Source: Utricularia gibba
Lineage: Eukaryota > Plantae > Magnoliophyta
Reading direction: 5' to 3'
Assembly (NCBI GenBank): GCA_002189035.1
Contig: NEEC01000017.1
Coordinates: 558,001-622,000, forward strand
Length of the DNA: 64,000 nt
In this document: positions 25,023-37,995 of the stretch, one piece after another
Position numbering within the stretch: position 1 is the first letter of the stretch
Layout: every line of letters starts with the position of its first letter
Notes under the pieces: generated by a model
Seen by the model: only the letters and a program-made list of their open reading frames with translations
Databases searched by the model: none
What the model was told of the DNA's origin: nothing
Translations under genes and position numbers: made by a program

Positions 25023-27396
25023 ATTATGATAATAACATATATTATTATCCATAATAGTCAAAAACACATTGGAGATGTCACAAATTGTGGCATAGATCCG
25101 ATACCTCCGGAAAGATGGCAGTAGAAACCTTATTTTTTACTAGAGAAATCGCCATTTCTTTCCAAAGGTGATAGATGTTGTGGGAAAGTTTTTGAGGGTG
25201 ATAAAGTTGGCAACGTTGATGGAATTTGCACCAGCCATTTCGAGAGATAAGATGGGAGAGGTGAACCGAACCAAAGAAGGAAAAAAGATCAGTCAACGAA
25301 GGACGAACCAGTCGTCACTCCGATACCTACCAGATGGAATGATCAGGCAGATGCCTTCCGAGGCAAAACGTTGTTTTCAAGACCTTTTGTTATTTTCAGT
25401 TCACACAGCAAGTGTAGTTTCAAGATGAAGAAATAGAAGAGAATAGCCTTATACCTTTGGTAAAGACTGGAGATCCTCAAATCATGCCTCCGGGTCTGGA
25501 AAAGATCTGCAAATGAAGCAGCTATAGTTATTGCTCTTCCATCTTTCCGATATCATCATTTGAATAATCATTTTTTTAGCATATCAGTCGAATCCTTTCA
25601 ACAATCGTGTCTTGAAAATCTCATGCAGGAATAGAAAATCTTAGAACACTATGTAGCTTTCCAGATTCCGAGTTCAGGAGTAAATCTCATTATTATTCTT
25701 CTACTTATTTAACTTCATGTCTGTTTTATTCGACATAATACAGATTAGGGTTTATGATATGGTACAATTTATCAACACTTTTAATTGTTTCTCGATGATG
25801 TGAAGCTTCTTATATTATTACCCAATGAGGAAAGTACACTGTTTGTTGGAATAAAACATCGTATCAATGTCCTCCGCCACACCTGATCCGCTGCCAACTC
25901 CGACACCCCGAGCACCACCACCTACGCCTACGCCAACTCCGACACCGACGCCCACTCCTACTCCGATCCCATGTCCACCTCCACCGATCCCACCACCGCA
26001 CCGGCGCCGATTCCTCCGCCGGCTCCGAATCCGCCGCCACTACCTGCACCGGCACCGAATCCACTGCCTTGCCCGAATCCCCCACCTGGGCCTCCACCAC
26101 CGCTTCCACCTCCGCCACCTCCACCGGCACCGAATCCACCACCAGGGCCGCCACTGCCGACTCCTGCACCAAACCCGCTGCCTTGGCCGAATCCTCCACC
26201 GGGGCCTCCACCACCGCTTCCACCTCCGCCTCCTCCGCCGGCACCGAATCCGCCACCAGGGCCACCACTGCCAACACCTGCACCAAACCCGCTACCTTGA
26301 CCGAATCCTCCACCCGGGCCTCCACCACCGCTTCCACCTCCGCCTCCTCCCCCGGCCCCGAATCCTCCACCAGGGCCACCGCTGCCTATTCCTGCACCGA
26401 ATCCGCTACCTTGCCCGAATCCCCCTCTCGGACCCCCACCGCCCCCCACTTCCACCACCACCACCAGCTCCAAAGCCACTCCCTGCCCTTCTCCCCAGTC
26501 AGACTGTCCGAAACAGTTTGCACTCAAACTCAGTCCCAGAATTAGAAGGAGCCCCAGGGCAGATTGCCATCTTCTCGAGAAACCCATTTCCAAACACACT
26601 CACTCCACTCCGCTTGCCGATATGCCTCCAAAAGAGAGTTATTTATAGCCCACATCCGCGACGCAAAAAGATAAGGTAAAAATGGCTTTACTCTCTGGGA
26701 AGTAGCATTCAACGAGGCCACATTAGGATAGTCAACCTGGCCTTCTCCACCAATCTGAACCCAAGACTTCAAACACAAAAAAGAATGTGAATGCCGAGAA
26801 ACTCAGATACATACATATGTGTAGCGTATTAAATCATTGCCGACATTTTGTATACAACACTCAAGTTGACTTCGCCGCGGAATATGTATAGTCAATTTGG
26901 ACTATATAAAAAATTCGTTAGTGCAATAAATATAAAATATCAATAGGACTTAGAGTGTTTTAAAAAAACCAAATAGCAAACATATGGTACATTTTTTATC
27001 ACCCCGAAAACCCATCGTCATCCCTCCAATATCTATTAAAATAAATAATTTTATATTAAAATTTAAAAGTGAAATAATAAAATATACAAAAATTAATAAA
27101 TGATTAAATCTATTTTTCAATGATTCATATTTTTTGTGTTTTTAGATTTCATGTGTGTTCATTGGATGTATTACATCCTGAATTTTAACAATATACTCAG
27201 GGGTAGTTGGATGTAAACGTTGTGTATTGCACGATGTTCATTATTCAATTAGCTTAGGCTAATGAATGCGTATGACATCTTCTTTATTTCTTCCATGAAG
27301 TAAAACATACTTTCGTCTCTTATAACCCGATTCCGGAGGGCTGATTACCGGGGCCATGACGCATTCCACGCTTGAATAGAGTTTGGAAGTGAGACG
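25023..27396. repeat. Segmental duplication copy 2 (2.37 kb, contains G4)
   Basis: Colinear with 15300-17569; has an extra 79 bp bounded by CAGATT repeats (25662-25667 and 25741-25746). Confidence 0.95.
25864..26587 (-). CDS. G4: near-identical paralog of G3, 5 bp shorter through four small deletions (frameshifted as assembled)
   Basis: Same signal peptide; 724 nt versus 729 nt for G3; deletions at ~26495, ~26445 (2 bp), ~25998 and ~25878. Confidence 0.6.
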
Positions 27397-28383
27397 CGCA
27401 ATGGAACTCTTCGAGATGTAACAACTTCAAGACCCGGCATTGTTTTTTTATGAACACTGAAGAATCAACTCTAAACCTCAGTTGACTCGTTCCGACAGAG
27501 AGATAGATAGAGGCAGAGACAGAGCTGCCGACGCGAGGGTCCATCATTAGATGCATATAATTAAAAATAATATTTTTTGTAATAATTTTATGGGCTATAA
27601 TATACACTTATTTGATATTCTTGAATCCGTAAAATCTGAAAAGATTAAGAATAATGTAATAATTACACCTCATCAAGTCGAAACAAATTCAACTTGCAAA
27701 AACTCGAAAAAATTGGTTTCTATCAAAAATTGAACAAAAATGAAATATAGAAAAAATGAGTCGAATTGTACAATCATATAAGTCGAACAAAAATCGAAAC
27801 ACTTATAAGTGTCCATTATATTACAAGTCTATAGATTTTTCAAGAATATATTAATGGAACCAAAAGGAAGATGGCCTGAATTTTGTGTATGATAATGGAC
27901 AAATAGAGATTTGAAATGCATGGTCCAAAGGTTCACAAGTGTAAAATACTAAATTAATGAATATTATTTTTATTTTCTTAACAAAAAAGAGGAATAAATG
28001 CACATCGAATTGCAAGAAATTCAGCATGAATCTTTTTTTTATATTGAGTTAATTTAATTTCAACTTATTTGATAAACTATTGTAAAAAAAATAATTATGT
28101 AAATTTAATATTTTAGATTAAAAAAATTATCTTTTATAAAAATATTGAATTAAATCCAACATAATTATGAATCCATGTGACACGAAGGACAGATCCCCGA
28201 TTGTCATCCATGATGTCTCACTTATTTATTGGAGTTTATTAGGACACAAATGCACAATTATGATTGATTATGAAGTGGATTAATGACCAGCAAAAGGAAC
28301 TAATGATCACCAGCCTTTGTTTTTGAAATAAAGAGAAGCTTATTTGTTGCCTTTGTAAATAGCTCAAGTAAAGCAGAAATTTT

Positions 28384-29122
28384 TTACGGCGAGGCTGTGT
28401 CCAAGTTGCTGCCACCGGATCCACTGCCAAATCCAACGCCGGTAGCTCCTCCCGATCCCGCACCGATGCCTACGCCAACTCCGACACCAATTCCAACCCC
28501 GATTCCCCCGAAACCTCCGCCTACTCCCCCGCCGCCTCCGGCGCCGATGCCGCTACCAGAACCAGTACCTACTCCTGCACCGAATCCGCTGCCTTGTCCG
28601 AATCCTCCACCGGGGCCTCCGCCACCGCTTCCACTTCCACCTCCTCCGCCGGCGCCAAACCCTCCACCAGGACCACCACTGCCGATGCCACCACCGAAGC
28701 CGCTACCTTGTCCGAATCCTCCTCCTGGGCCTCCACCACCGCTTCCACCTCCACCTCCTCCGCCCGCGCCAAACCCTCCACCAGGACCACCACTGCCGAT
28801 GCCGCCCCGAATCCGCTTCCTTGCCCGAACCCTCCACCTGGACCCCACCGCCGCTTCCGCCTCCTCCTCCTCCACCGGCGCCAAATCCTCCACCGGGACC
28901 ACCACTACCCACACCTGCGCCAAATCCACTACCTTGTCCGAATCCCCCACCAGGGCCTCCGAATCCACCTCCACTTCCGCCACCACCGCCAGCTCCAAAG
29001 CCGCCGCCTCCCCTCCTTCCACCCCACCGTTCATCCCTCCAATCAGGCTGTCCAAAACAACTCACACTCAAGCTCAGCCCAAGCATTACAAGGAAGACCA
29101 AAGCTTTTCTTGAGAACCCCAT
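28384..29122 (-). CDS. G5: secreted glycine-rich protein (about 246 aa after restoring two 1-bp deletions)
   Basis: MGFSRKALVFLVMLGLSLSVSCFG-QPDWRDERWGGRR; breaks at ~28843 and ~28805 in G runs; (GV/GI)n tail; ends GSNLDTASP-stop. Confidence 0.72.
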
Positions 29123-30198
29123 ACTCAACTCACTCACTTCACTCTGCATGAGATTTTCCTGCAAAACCTACGTATTTATACTACGCACGGACAGCGAAAC
29201 GGACCAGGTCATCACACGGTACCCGGTCGGCCCCACTCCGAAAGTCATACTATCTTCTACCTCCAACTTTATAAATACAGTTCACAAAAGGAAGAATGTG
29301 AAATCAAGACTCCCTTTTGATCTACCTACCTAATTTTTATATTGAATTTAAAGAAAAAAAAAGAAGCAACCTTGATTATTTTTTTATTTAAAAAATTAAT
29401 GGAGGTGCCCAGTTTTGTATTATCGAAAATAGAAAATAAAATGACGCGGTCGTGGTGGACTTTTGATGGCCATTTTACACCAACTCACGACAACTATTTG
29501 GAACTTACATTTAAATAGATTAACTTGATTTGTTAATCACCCCCTTCCATTTCCACTTGAGGGTAATCCAATTTTGAAAAACTACTTGCGAGTAATCCAA
29601 TAGTCAATCGGAAATTGAAAGCAGCACACAACATATCATTTCAAATCTCATTCTGAACCGGTTCAATAATCCATGAATGTCCAGTCATCCCATGAAGGTT
29701 AGATCTACAAGAATGGTATGGAGATCCAGAGTTGATGGGCAATACCTTGCTTGAATCTTGCTTTCAATAAATTGGACTTGTGTATAACAGGTCATTTACA
29801 AATTTGGCCATCCTAATACTTTCTCACATAAATTACATTAAAAAAATATATACCATGGATGGTCAGATTTCCCACACATTAGTCGAAAGGTAGCCAGATT
29901 TCTAATACACCCGTGTATAACAAGCTACTAATACCAGAACATGGTATTTGGTTGGCAAGTGTAATAAATTATACAACATTTAATTCATGAATTTAAGCAA
30001 AAAAACTGATCTTTTTCCATCGTATTTCAAATACACTCAAATTATCTGTTTGTTGGGGAGGGTGGGGGGGGGGGTGATAAGGTGCGTAATTAAGATTAAT
30101 TAGGAGGTGGATTAGGGATGCAGAGAAGGAACTAATTATTTGCGTTTTCTTAGTACAGTAATACGAGAACATTTCGTCTCCCAAAGGGCAACATTGTA

Positions 30199-30871
30199 TT
30201 AACGCCCTCTGGTGCCGGATCCCCCGCCGACACCAACACCTACGCCGACTCCGACGCCAACCCCGACTCCGATTCCACGTCCGCCGCCACCGATTCCACC
30301 ACCACCTCCGTCGCCAGCACCGCTACTTCCTAGGCCGCCACCGAACCCGCTTCCTTGTCCGAAGCCTCCTCCGGGACCTCCACCACCGCTTCCACCCCGC
30401 CGCCTCCTCCGGCACCAATTCCTCCACCAGGGCCACTGCTACCTATGCCAGCTCCGAAACCGCTACCTTGCCCGAACCCCCCACCGGGCCTCCACCGCCG
30501 CTTCCACCTCCGCCTCCTCCACCGGCCCCGAATCCTCCACCCGGACCACTACTGCCCACACCGGCACCGAATCCGCTACCTTGTCCGAATCCTCCACCGG
30601 GGCCTCCGCCGCCACTTCCACCACCGCCTCCTCCCCCGGCGCCGAATCCTCCACCTGGACCTCCACTACCGATACCCGCACCGAATCCGCTGCCTTGCCC
30701 GAATCCCCCACCCGGGCCTCCGCCACCACTTCCACCTCCGCCTCCCCCTCCAGCACCAAACCCAACTCCTCTTCTCCCCCAATTAGGCTGTCCGAAACAA
30801 TTTGCAGCGAAGCTCAGCCCCAGAAGTAGAAGCAAGCACAATGTAGAATGCTCTTTTCGTGAGAACCCCAT
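30199..30871 (-). CDS. G6: secreted glycine-rich protein (about 224 aa after restoring two 1-bp deletions)
   Basis: MGFSRKEHSTLCLLLLLGLSFAANCFG-QPNWGRR; breaks at ~30487 and ~30395; (GV)n tail; stop TAA 30199-30201. Confidence 0.72.
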
Positions 30872-30986
30872 TTCCACAACTCCCTCACTTCAATTTTGCA
30901 TGCCAATATGCCTCGCAAGCTACGCATTTATAGTGCACCATCCACACTCCTAGATGATCAGGTCAACCCCGATCCGCCACAAAGCA

Positions 30987-30996
30987 GCATTAAATG
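30987..30996. promoter_or_regulatory. GCATTAAATG (HD-ZIP IV / L1-box-like site) upstream of G6, flanked by W-boxes
   Basis: 116 bp from the ATG; GGTCAA at 30961-30966 and AGTCAA at 31013-31018; TATA near 30926-30932. Function is inferred. Confidence 0.55.
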
Positions 30997-31029
30997 AGAG
31001 ACACACTCGTAAAGTCAAATTTATCTGCT

Positions 31030-31510
31030 TGGACACAAAACGCTTCAGCTGATTTCCCATTGCGAATGATGTGTGTGTGTTAGACAGAGTTCTCATTTCA
31101 TATCAATGTGAATCCAATGTTATGGTTGCGGTAAAACAGAGATTCCAAATCCAACTGCTGCTTGGGGAAAGATCAAATGATAACTTGTGTGGCATACAAG
31201 AGGCCGGTTCTGTTTTATTAATTTATTGAAGTGATATTACGAGAACCTATGTTTCAAAGAATAAATAATAGACTCATTTTCAAAATACATTTATATCAAA
31301 CTGATAACTGCCGTTCCCATTGCGAATTCAACTCACACATACAAATACGTGTGTGTGTGTGTGTTAAATACTTGCAGAGTTCTCATTTCATATCAATGTG
31401 ACTGGCTGATCCAATGGTTATGGTTGCGGTATAACAGAGATTCCAAATCCAACTGCTCAAAAACACACGAGCATTTCCAGGGAAAGATCAAATGATAACT
31501 TGTGTGCTAT
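31030..31510. repeat. Imperfect local duplication with about 290-bp period and (GT)n microsatellites
   Basis: CAGAGTTCTCATTTCATATCAATGTG...CCAACTGCT at 31085-31159 and 31375-31457. Confidence 0.75.
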
Positions 31511-32067
31511 AAAAGAGCTGGGAGTTTAAGGGCTTCTACACATATCTGCTCCAAAGAGTACCGAGGCTGGATTCATCTGCGGGTTCTTTCCCGGGATTCT
31601 CCACCCGCAGAAACCATGGCAATTACCTTATCAAATTATACAGCAAAGACAAGCAATGGATCATGATCATTTACACAAGTATACCTATCCCCACTTTCTC
31701 AAAAACAAAAAATTAATATTCAAGATGATAAAATTTGTTTACATATATATCACAGAATAATCAGATGATTCTGATGTATAAAGTATACTAGTGGATCGTA
31801 TGCTACTACAACTTAGTTATGCTACTTTTGCCTAATGGGGTGCAAAGTATGGATGATATATAAATCTGATTCCTATATATATATACACATTATATGAAAA
31901 TATTAGTCATTTTAAATATTAATTTTTTATCTTATTGGATGATTTATATTTAATATAAATTTTTGGTAGGAAATTTTAAATTAATTTAATAATATAAATT
32001 AAAAATAATTTAAGATAAATTTAAGTATCATTGACATGTTTCTCAAAAACAAGGGATTAGTGTGGAT

Positions 32068-34100
32068 CAATCTATCAAACCCATTTCAAATCAAAATCAG
32101 TAAACTTTCTTTTGGAGAACATTTTAGCAAAAATGGGATATGATATAAAAGAATTCAGAGCTTTTGATATAGAAACATAGGTAGTACATAACATGTATGT
32201 ATTGTAATGCCAAGCATCATATAAGTATAGGACATTGCAAATATCTATAGGCAGGATCCAAGATAAAATATTAACTATTCTCTAGTTAGTGATCAAGTAG
32301 CCCCCCCCCCCCCCCCCCCCATTGGGATGTATTACAATAGTGCCCATGTCTCTTGCAACCCCCTCTTTTACTCCTTTGTTTTGTACATTCCGTACGACTC
32401 TCGTCATCAACTTCACCACGATGCTTCATTAAAATGGATACGGCAAGTTTTCAGATTTAGGGGGTGTTTGGTATTATGGCATCAGACTGCATCCTTGGGC
32501 ATGTTAATCCAAAATTAGGGAGGTATACGCCATTAGCTAATTAATACAGTCATTAACGCTTAGCAGTGGTGCTTAATTAGACTGGCGAGTAATTATGAGG
32601 TAAATTAGGCCAGGGCCTTTGTTTGATCAAGAGAGGCATGCATGTGTATCTGTCTCTTCGGATACGTTGGCAAGTGTTCTTATCTTACCAAGTAATTACA
32701 GTGAACGCATGATTTTTCACCAGGGGGTGAATTTATGTAATAAGCCGGTGTTGCATCAACGTCCTCCTCCCCCACCACCCGATCCGCCGCCAACTCCAAC
32801 GCCTCGAGCAGCACCCGATCCCGCGCCGACGCCTACGCCAACTCCGATACCGACACCGACTCCTACTCCAAGTCCATGTCCGCCTCCAATTCCTCCGCCG
32901 AATCCGCCGCCGCCGCCGGCACCAATTCCACCACCACCGCCGCTTGAACCAACTCCAGCGCCGAATCCGCTACCATGCCCGAATCCTCCACCAGGGCCTG
33001 TGCCTCCACCACCGCTTCCACCTCCTCCCCCGGCTCCATTCCTCCACCAGGTCCACTGCTTCCTACACCTGCACCGAATCCGCTGCCTTGGCCGAATCCT
33101 CCGCCGGGGCCTCCTCCCCCACTTCCGCAATCTATCAAACGTAAACTTTCTTTTGGAGAACATTTTAGCAAAAATCAGAGCCCGTATGTATTGTAATGCC
33201 AAGCATCATATAAGTATAGGACATTGCAAATATCTATAGGCAGGATCCAAGATAAAATATTAACTATTCTCTAGTTAGTGATCAAATAGCCCCCCCCCCC
33301 CCCCCCCCATTGGGATGTATTACAATAGTGCCCATGTCTCTTGCAACCCCCTCTTTTACTCCTTTGTTTTGTACATTCCGTACGACTCTCGTCATCAACT
33401 TCCACGATGCTTCATTAAAATGGATACGGCAAGTTTTCAGATTTAGGGGGTGTTTGGTATTATGGCATCAGACTGCATCCTTGGGCATGTTAATCCAAAA
33501 TTAGGGAGGTATACGCCATTAGCTAATTAATACAGTCATTAACGCTTAGCAGTGGTGCTTAATTAGACTGGCGAGTAATTATGAGGTAAATTAGGCCAGG
33601 GCCTTTGTTTGATCAAGAGAGGCATGCATGTGTATCTGTCTCTTCGGATACGTTGGCAAGTGTTCTTATCTTACCAAGTAATTACAGTGAACGCATGATT
33701 TTTCACTTTATGTAATAAGCCGGTGTTGCATCAACGTCCTCCTCCCCCACCACCCGATCCGCCGCCAACTCCAACGCCTCGAGCAGCACCCGATCCCGCG
33801 CCGACGCCTACGCCAACTCCGATACCGACACCGACTCCTACTCCAAGTCCATGTCCGCCTCCAATTCCTCCGCCGAATCCGCCGCCGCCGCCGGCACCAA
33901 TTCCACCTTGAACCAACTCCAGCGCCGAATCCGCTACCATGCCCGAATCCTCCACCAGGGCCTGTGCCTCCACCACCGCTTCCACCTCCTCCCCCGGCTC
34001 CAATTCCTCCACCAGGTCCACTGCTTCCTACACCTGCACCGAATCCGCTGCCTTGGCCGAATCCTCCGCCGGGGCCTCCTCCCCCACTTCCGCCTCCGCC
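32068..34100. repeat. Tandem duplication of about 1.06 kb (3' flank plus C-terminal part of G8)
   Basis: CAATCTATCAAAC at 32068 and 33128; both copies carry the poly-C tract (20 and 19 C) and near-identical flank, differing by three small indels. Confidence 0.92.
32756..33127 (-). pseudogene. G7: 5'-truncated copy of G8 (C-terminal ~124 codons only)
   Basis: Gly repeats and (GV)n tail ending GGGR-stop; no signal peptide or promoter; abuts the duplicated flank at 33128. Confidence 0.85.
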
Positions 34101-34788
34101 TCCTCCCCGGCACCGATTCCTCCACCGGGACCACTGCTGCCTACACCAGCACCGAATCCGCTCCCTTGGCCAAATCCTCCACCGGGGCCTCCTCCCCCAC
34201 TTCCGCCTCCGCCTCCTCCACCGGCACCGATTCCCCCACCGGGACCACTGCTACCTACACCAGCACCGAATCCACTGCCCTGGCCGAATCCTCCGCCGGG
34301 CCTCCACCACCACTACCTCCTCCACCTCCTCCTCCGGCACCAATCCCTCCGCCAGGACCACCACTACCTACACCACCACCGAATCCACTACCTTGACCGA
34401 ACCCCCCACCCGGACCTCCGCCACCGCTGCCGCCTCCACCCCCTCCTCCGGCACCAATACCTCCACCGGGACCGCCCGCGCCAACACCGCCCCCAAATCC
34501 GCTTCCTTGCCCATATCCTCCTCGAGGGCCTCCTCCAAATCCACCCCCGGGATGATAGCCGCCTCGAGGACCTCCCCACCCCTGACCATAGCCACCAGGT
34601 CCTCCACGGTAGCCATAACCACCAGGTCCTCCACGGTAGCCACCGGGTCCTCCCCAACCTCCTCTTCTTCCACCCCATCTGTCACCGTCCCTCCAATCTC
34701 TCGGACCCCAGGCATCTCCGAGACAAGTTGCAGCAAAGCTCAGCCCCAGAATTAGAAGCAAACCGAAAGTAGAAAGCGAGAAACCCAT
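33731..34788 (-). CDS. G8: longest glycine-rich protein (about 356 aa restored) with Tyr/Arg/Trp-rich head; two 1-bp deletions and one 11-bp deletion as assembled
   Basis: MGFSLSTFGLLLILGLSFAATCLG-DAWGPRDWRDGDRWGGRRGGWGGPGGYRGGPGGYGYRGGPGGYG; breaks at ~34300, ~34105 and ~33908 (the 11 bp are present in G7). Confidence 0.65.
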
Positions 34789-34911
34789 TGCTGAAGTCGC
34801 TCACTTCACTCTGCATGCCACTACACCTCCAAACCGTGCGTATTTATACTGCACAGCTACACTTCCATAATGCAAAAGACCACGTCAATGGCGCGTTGCC
34901 GGTGGGAAGCG

Positions 34912-34921
34912 GCATTAAATG
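34912..34921. promoter_or_regulatory. GCATTAAATG site upstream of G8
   Basis: 124 bp from the ATG; ACGTCAA near 34882 and AGTCAA near 34956; TATA near 34842-34848. Confidence 0.55.
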
Positions 34922-36391
34922 TGTTTCTAGTTTTAAATGCCAGCCCAACACGGATAGTCAATCTTGAGGTGGCATCCCCCAACTCCAAAAGACAGCTGTT
35001 TCAAAAAAAAAAGGAAATGAAAGCTTAAATAATCTCCTATTCTTTTTAAAATCGGAAAAATAAGAAATGTGTACTGTATTATGATCCTGCGATTAGGCCA
35101 ACTTAATAATAAAAAAATACCAAAAGTCGGTTGGTGACGCTGAACTATTCTTCTGTGAAGAAAAGAGTCTGTCTTCTTTTTAAGGTTTCATTGCATAATT
35201 AATGAGCGTTGAAAAATGGTGTTGTCTCAACTGACAACGTCCACAACTGTTCCTCCCTCCAAAGTCCAAATTGAACTCACGGGAATATGAATAGAGATGT
35301 AGTCAACGCATTGCACATGCAATTGGATGACACTCATAAGTTCACATAAAACTTAAATACATAAAAAACGTAAATTATATTAAAAATTAATTACTAATAA
35401 TTTGGAATTTTTTTATATTTTTAATTATTTTAATTTTAAATCTCGATATAATATTATTTGTTTTGACATGAATATCACAAATTTATTCGACCATAATCAT
35501 GTATCTACAAGGCATATATATTACCCCTCACCCCTCCCCTCATATTGATACCTGGATTTTATAAAAATCTGATCACCTTGCAATCCATGTATAATTTGGT
35601 CATTCTTAATGTATAAAATAAAAATTGATAGCGGGTATATTTCTTAAGGACACCAAACATTGATTTAATTCAGTCCTAACCTTTTTGTTTATGTTGTAAT
35701 TCAGTCGTAAATAATTCAAACAACTATAACTTTTTAGTCTGTTGTTGTTAGAAAACGTTGCGAAACCATTTCCATCCATTATGTACGATCATCACTCACT
35801 TGGACTGAGTCAACTCACTGAAGTAGCAGTTGACTCTGTTGTCAATTTCACATCAGCACTGTTTTTTCTTTTTCTAGGTCCCAAACATAAAATTTTGCTG
35901 TCTTATTATTCTCCTTTTTAAGCCTCGTGTTTACGTTGAGATGAAAAAAATGAGAAAGTTGAACAATTTTTTTTTTATTATTATTGTCGGAAAGATTTAT
36001 AGCTGGCTGACATTTTTCGAAATTATAGATTTTTTTTTCTGATTATGATTTTTTATTTCTTTCTAAATATGAGGATAAATTACAAGGGAAAATTCCGTTG
36101 CTTTATTTTGCAGGGATGCGTGTATAAATCTTCAATTGCGCCCTTGCTTACTTCCTAACTTTAAAACATTGAAATTTAAAAAAAAGCCACTAAAAAATCG
36201 ATCACCTTTAGTGTTAATTTTTTGATTTAATGTGTGAGAAATAAATAAAAGTGTGTGAAAAAAATTACCATATTCAATTATTATTTTTTTATCCTATTGT
36301 GAAAGAGTGGGCACATTTATGGATGACCGGATAGCCATAGTTGAAAGGAACACATCTTGTTGCTTTATGGCAATTGCTGCATCACAATGTC

Positions 36392-36861
36392 TCAACCTGC
36401 AAGGCCTATACCGGCGCCGAATCCGCCGCCTTGACCAAATCCGCCTACCCGACCTCCGCCGCCACTTCCACCGCCACCTCCTCCTCCGGCACCAATTGAT
36501 CCGCCACCGATACCTACACCTGCACCGAACCCGCTACCTTGCCCGAATCCCCCACCCGGGCCTCCGCCACCACTTCCACCTCCTCCGCCACCCCTGCACC
36601 AATCCCTCCATGAGGACCACCACTGCCTATACCGGCACCAAAACCTCCACCAGGACCTCCACTACCTACACCACCACCGAATCCGCTGCCCTGTCCGAAT
36701 CCCCCACCGGGGCCTCCGAATCCTCCTCCACTTCCACCGCCACCACCGGCGCCAAAGCCACCTCCCGCCCTTCTCCCCCACTCAGACTGTCCATAACAAT
36801 TTGCACTGAAACTCAGGCCCAGAATTACAAGCAAACTCAAAGTAGAAAGCGAGAAACCCAT
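36392..36861 (-). CDS. G9: short secreted glycine-rich protein (about 156 aa after restoring one 1-bp deletion)
   Basis: MGFSLSTLSLLVILGLSFSANCYG-QSEWGRR; break at ~36592; ends GAGIGLAG-stop (TGA 36392-36394). Confidence 0.72.
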
Positions 36862-36984
36862 TCCTAAAGTCGCTCACTTCACTCGCATGCCGATGTTCCT
36901 ACGAGAGCAACGTACTTATAGGCTATAGCCCACGCCTACCACGCAAGAAGCTTTGGTCAATGGGGGGTTTCCCGTTAGCAAAGT

Positions 36985-36994
36985 GCATTAAATG
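36985..36994. promoter_or_regulatory. GCATTAAATG site upstream of G9, flanked by W-boxes
   Basis: 124 bp from the ATG; GGTCAA at 36955-36960 and AGTCAA near 37011-37016. Confidence 0.55.
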
Positions 36995-37995
36995 ACGGAA
37001 CACTAGGAGAGTCAACCATGTCTGCTACCGACCTGACAAGAGAAAAAACAATGTGAAAGAAGAGCTCAAACTCTGAACTGTGGAGGTGCCGATTCTTATC
37101 AGAAATAGTGCAGCATCTTGTATTCAATAATTGATTGATTACACCATATATTTCCTTGGCTCACACTCTCCTTTTTGTTTTAACGTGTTTGCAAGAAAAA
37201 TAGTACCTACAAAAAAAAATATGAGAAAACAATTACTCTTACCTAATTCAGGACAAGCCAGTATGAAATGGTTGCCACTAAGTCAACTGATGAAGTCACT
37301 GCCGACATGGAGGACCCTCGTCGACTTCGTCCACCAAAATGATTGTTAACATGGACCACAATTTTAGATTTGAAAAGTATGTTATTGTCTGCGTCTAAGG
37401 ATCTGGTCGGCGTGTCGGCTTCATGGGCGGGCTGCTTTATTCTGGTTGACGTTGTGCCGTGATCATCAAGTTTTTATGGGTACGTTGAAAGAGTGCTGAT
37501 CCAAGTGATCCAGACGTCGTAAATTGTTATCTGAAAACGAAGCTCAAAAAATATTAATATGGGGTAAGTGACCACTCTCGCGGAGTTTTAGGTAGAGAAA
37601 CACCCCGGCATAGAGATGCATGAGGCCTGATCCTGGTGATGGAAGGGTTTTCAAGATCAATGGATGTTTTTCTTTTGTGTTCTGTAGAGAAGACACGACA
37701 CCTGCAAACGTATCGGCGTGGTACCATTCATTTACTGTATGCACGAGGAAGCTGGCTAGTTATTTGATCAAGTAACTGCGTGCAGTCACATGTTTGTGAT
37801 CTGCATCATAGTTTTGATTTGCTGTGAAAATGGATAGACTCATGAACGGGTAGAGCGAACTCATTTCATAATCATCATTCTCATTTGTAAAGGGAAGCAA
37901 CAAATGGCATGGGATACAAAAGCTACAATTATGCTTTCGCAGTGATCTTGAATTGGATGGAGGAATTTACTTTTACTTCGACCAGAGTGCATGCT

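Noticed and set aside
30055-33308. G-rich tract at 30055-30075 and poly-C tracts at 32301-32320 and 33290-33308 as functional G-quadruplex elements
   Set aside because: They are simple homopolymers not conserved at equivalent positions in other paralogs.
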